A DNA stretch of 62,675 bases from Candidatus Eiseniibacteriota bacterium (GTDB lineage Bacteria > Eisenbacteria > RBG-16-71-46 > DASYSL01), in NCBI GenBank assembly GCA_031413115.1, contig JANOEH010000170.1, positions 1-62,675 on the forward strand, given 5' to 3'. Positions 61,713-62,675 of this stretch are shown here, piece by piece. Below the pieces are notes generated by a model. The model was given only the letters and a program-made list of their open reading frames with translations, did not search any database and was not told where the DNA came from. A program made the translations under genes and the position numbers. Every line of letters begins with the position of its first letter. Position 1 is the first letter of the stretch.

Positions 61713-62675
61713 TCAGGCCCCGCTCGAGGTCGCCGCGGAGCCGGCCCCGGCCGCCCGGCCGCTCTTCTTGTACTCCGCGACCAGCGCCGCCATGAACGCC
61801 TCGCGCCGGTCATAGAGCCGCTTGAGCGGTCGCGGCGCGTGGCACTCCATCGCGTAGGCGGTGAGGATCGGCAGCGCCACCGTCGCGTCGAGGTAGCAGG
61901 CCAGCGCGTCGGGCAGCTTGTCCGGATCCACCTTGCCCCAGGACACGGCCTCGCTGGCCGTCGCTCCCGACAGCCCGCCGGTGTCCGGCCGGGCGTCGGT
62001 GAACTGCATGAAGTAATCGTGGCCCTTCTCTTCGATGCCGAGGACCTCCTGGATTTGCGGCTCGGTCTGCAGGGCGAAGTTCTTGGGCGAACCGCCGCCC
62101 AGGATGAAGATCGCGCTCTTGCCGCCCGTGCGCTTGGCGTCGAGCACCAGGGCCGCGGTCTCGTTCACGTCACGCGACACGTCGAACGCGAGCCCGTTCC
62201 CCTCGAGCGCCTTGGCCGCCACGTTCATGCCGATCGAGGAGTCGCCGGGCGAGGACGTATAGATGGGCACACCCAGCTCCCACGCCGCCGCGAGCAGCGA
62301 GCGGCGATCGAGGCCGAGCGCTTTCTCGCGGGCACGCACGTACTTGCCGCACAGGTAGTGGAACTCGGCCGTGCTCATCTCGCGCTGGAACTCGGGCCCC
62401 GAGATGATGCCGCGGAAGAACGCGTCGGTGTCGAGCAGCACCTGGTAGTCGAAGAACACGTCGTAGATGCGCACCACGCCGTTCTCGCGCAGCTCCACGT
62501 CGTCGGCCTGGTAGGTGCCGCGATGCATCGACAGGCCGATTCCAAAGTGCGTGTCGTGGTAGAGGTTGGCGCCGGTCGAGACGATCCAGTCGACGAAGCC
62601 CGCCTCCATCAGCGGGATCAGCGCGCTCATGCCGAGGCCGGCGGGGGTGAGCGCTCCGGTCACCGACAGCGCGAC
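61713..62675 (-). CDS. deoxyhypusine synthase family protein (homospermidine-synthase-like), N-terminus beyond the right edge
   Basis: The frame of track ORF 61713..62663 stays open to the window end. [23 protein letters not shown] and [14 protein letters not shown] are DHS-fold motifs. Confidence 0.8.
   Translation of the reverse strand, partial: VALSVTGALTPAGLGMSALIPLMEAGFVDWIVSTGANLYHDTHFGIGLSMHRGTYQADDVELRENGVVRIYDVFFDYQVLLDTDAFFRGIISGPEFQREMSTAEFHYLCGKYVRAREKALGLDRRSLLAAAWELGVPIYTSSPGDSSIGMNVAAKALEGNGLAFDVSRDVNETAALVLDAKRTGGKSAIFILGGGSPKNFALQTEPQIQEVLGIEEKGHDYFMQFTDARPDTGGLSGATASEAVSWGKVDPDKLPDALACYLDATVALPILTAYAMECHAPRPLKRLYDRREAFMAALVAEYKKSGRAAGAGSAATSSGA

Noticed and set aside
1-62675. 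A search by eye for CRISPR repeats, rRNA or tRNA genes, transposases, integrases, restriction-modification genes or known defence-system genes.
   Set aside because: None was recognised. The only mobile-type module is the Phd/RelE pair. A proper tRNAscan, Infernal or defence-finder run would be needed to exclude them.

Overview
High-GC (about 70% by hand counts) bacterial chromosomal window with about 50 protein genes. I recognised no rRNA, tRNA, CRISPR array, transposase or integrase. Many long ORFs in the six-frame track are Arg/Pro/Gly-rich shadow frames of real genes on the other strand or phase, and I ignored them. From 1 to 46.6 kb the content is mostly housekeeping and metabolism: a cydA fragment; a leucine-catabolism-like set (crotonase, split biotin carboxylase/BCCP, HMG-CoA lyase) interrupted by a Phd/RelE toxin-antitoxin pair; CreD; two group II PLP decarboxylases; SppA; an ABC-F ATPase; two DEAD-box helicases; a tightly coupled four-gene operon (DUF3465 lipoprotein, CoA-transferase, SAM methyltransferase, TauE exporter); a GH35-like beta-galactosidase; glycogen phosphorylase; a cytoplasmic alpha/beta-hydrolase-subtilase fusion; a Ser/Thr kinase with a TolB-like propeller; a DUF4032 atypical kinase; RsgA; P5C dehydrogenase; a pseudouridine synthase; an OYE flavoreductase; an SDR; and a MacA/MacB-like efflux set with no ATPase. 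From about 46.7 to 58.9 kb the GC is visibly lower (about 52-65% in sampled lines) and the genes are almost all secreted or surface proteins plus a TPR Ser/Thr kinase. The window ends with ETF-QO, trxB and a deoxyhypusine-synthase-like gene. The best novelty candidates are listed here. (1) Three unrelated signal-peptide proteins end in the same short tag with no transmembrane helix, [ST]TWG[KR][ILV]K[AS]xYR. This may be an undescribed C-terminal sorting or anchoring signal, and it coexists with a classical T9SS/FlgD-type C-terminal-domain protein. (2) A conserved element of about 58 bp, built on four CGTACG palindromes at an exact 9-bp period, occurs twice 60 kb apart. Both copies have the same orientation relative to a downstream gene. 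(3) The alpha/beta-hydrolase-propeptide-S8 protease fusion has no signal peptide. (4) An 18-codon upstream ORF and an intrinsic terminator sit in the rsgA leader. (5) A secreted micro-protein carries six cysteines. Several genes appear leaderless, with a TAnAnT box 7-9 nt before the ATG. All family calls come from motif recognition by eye; no database search was run.
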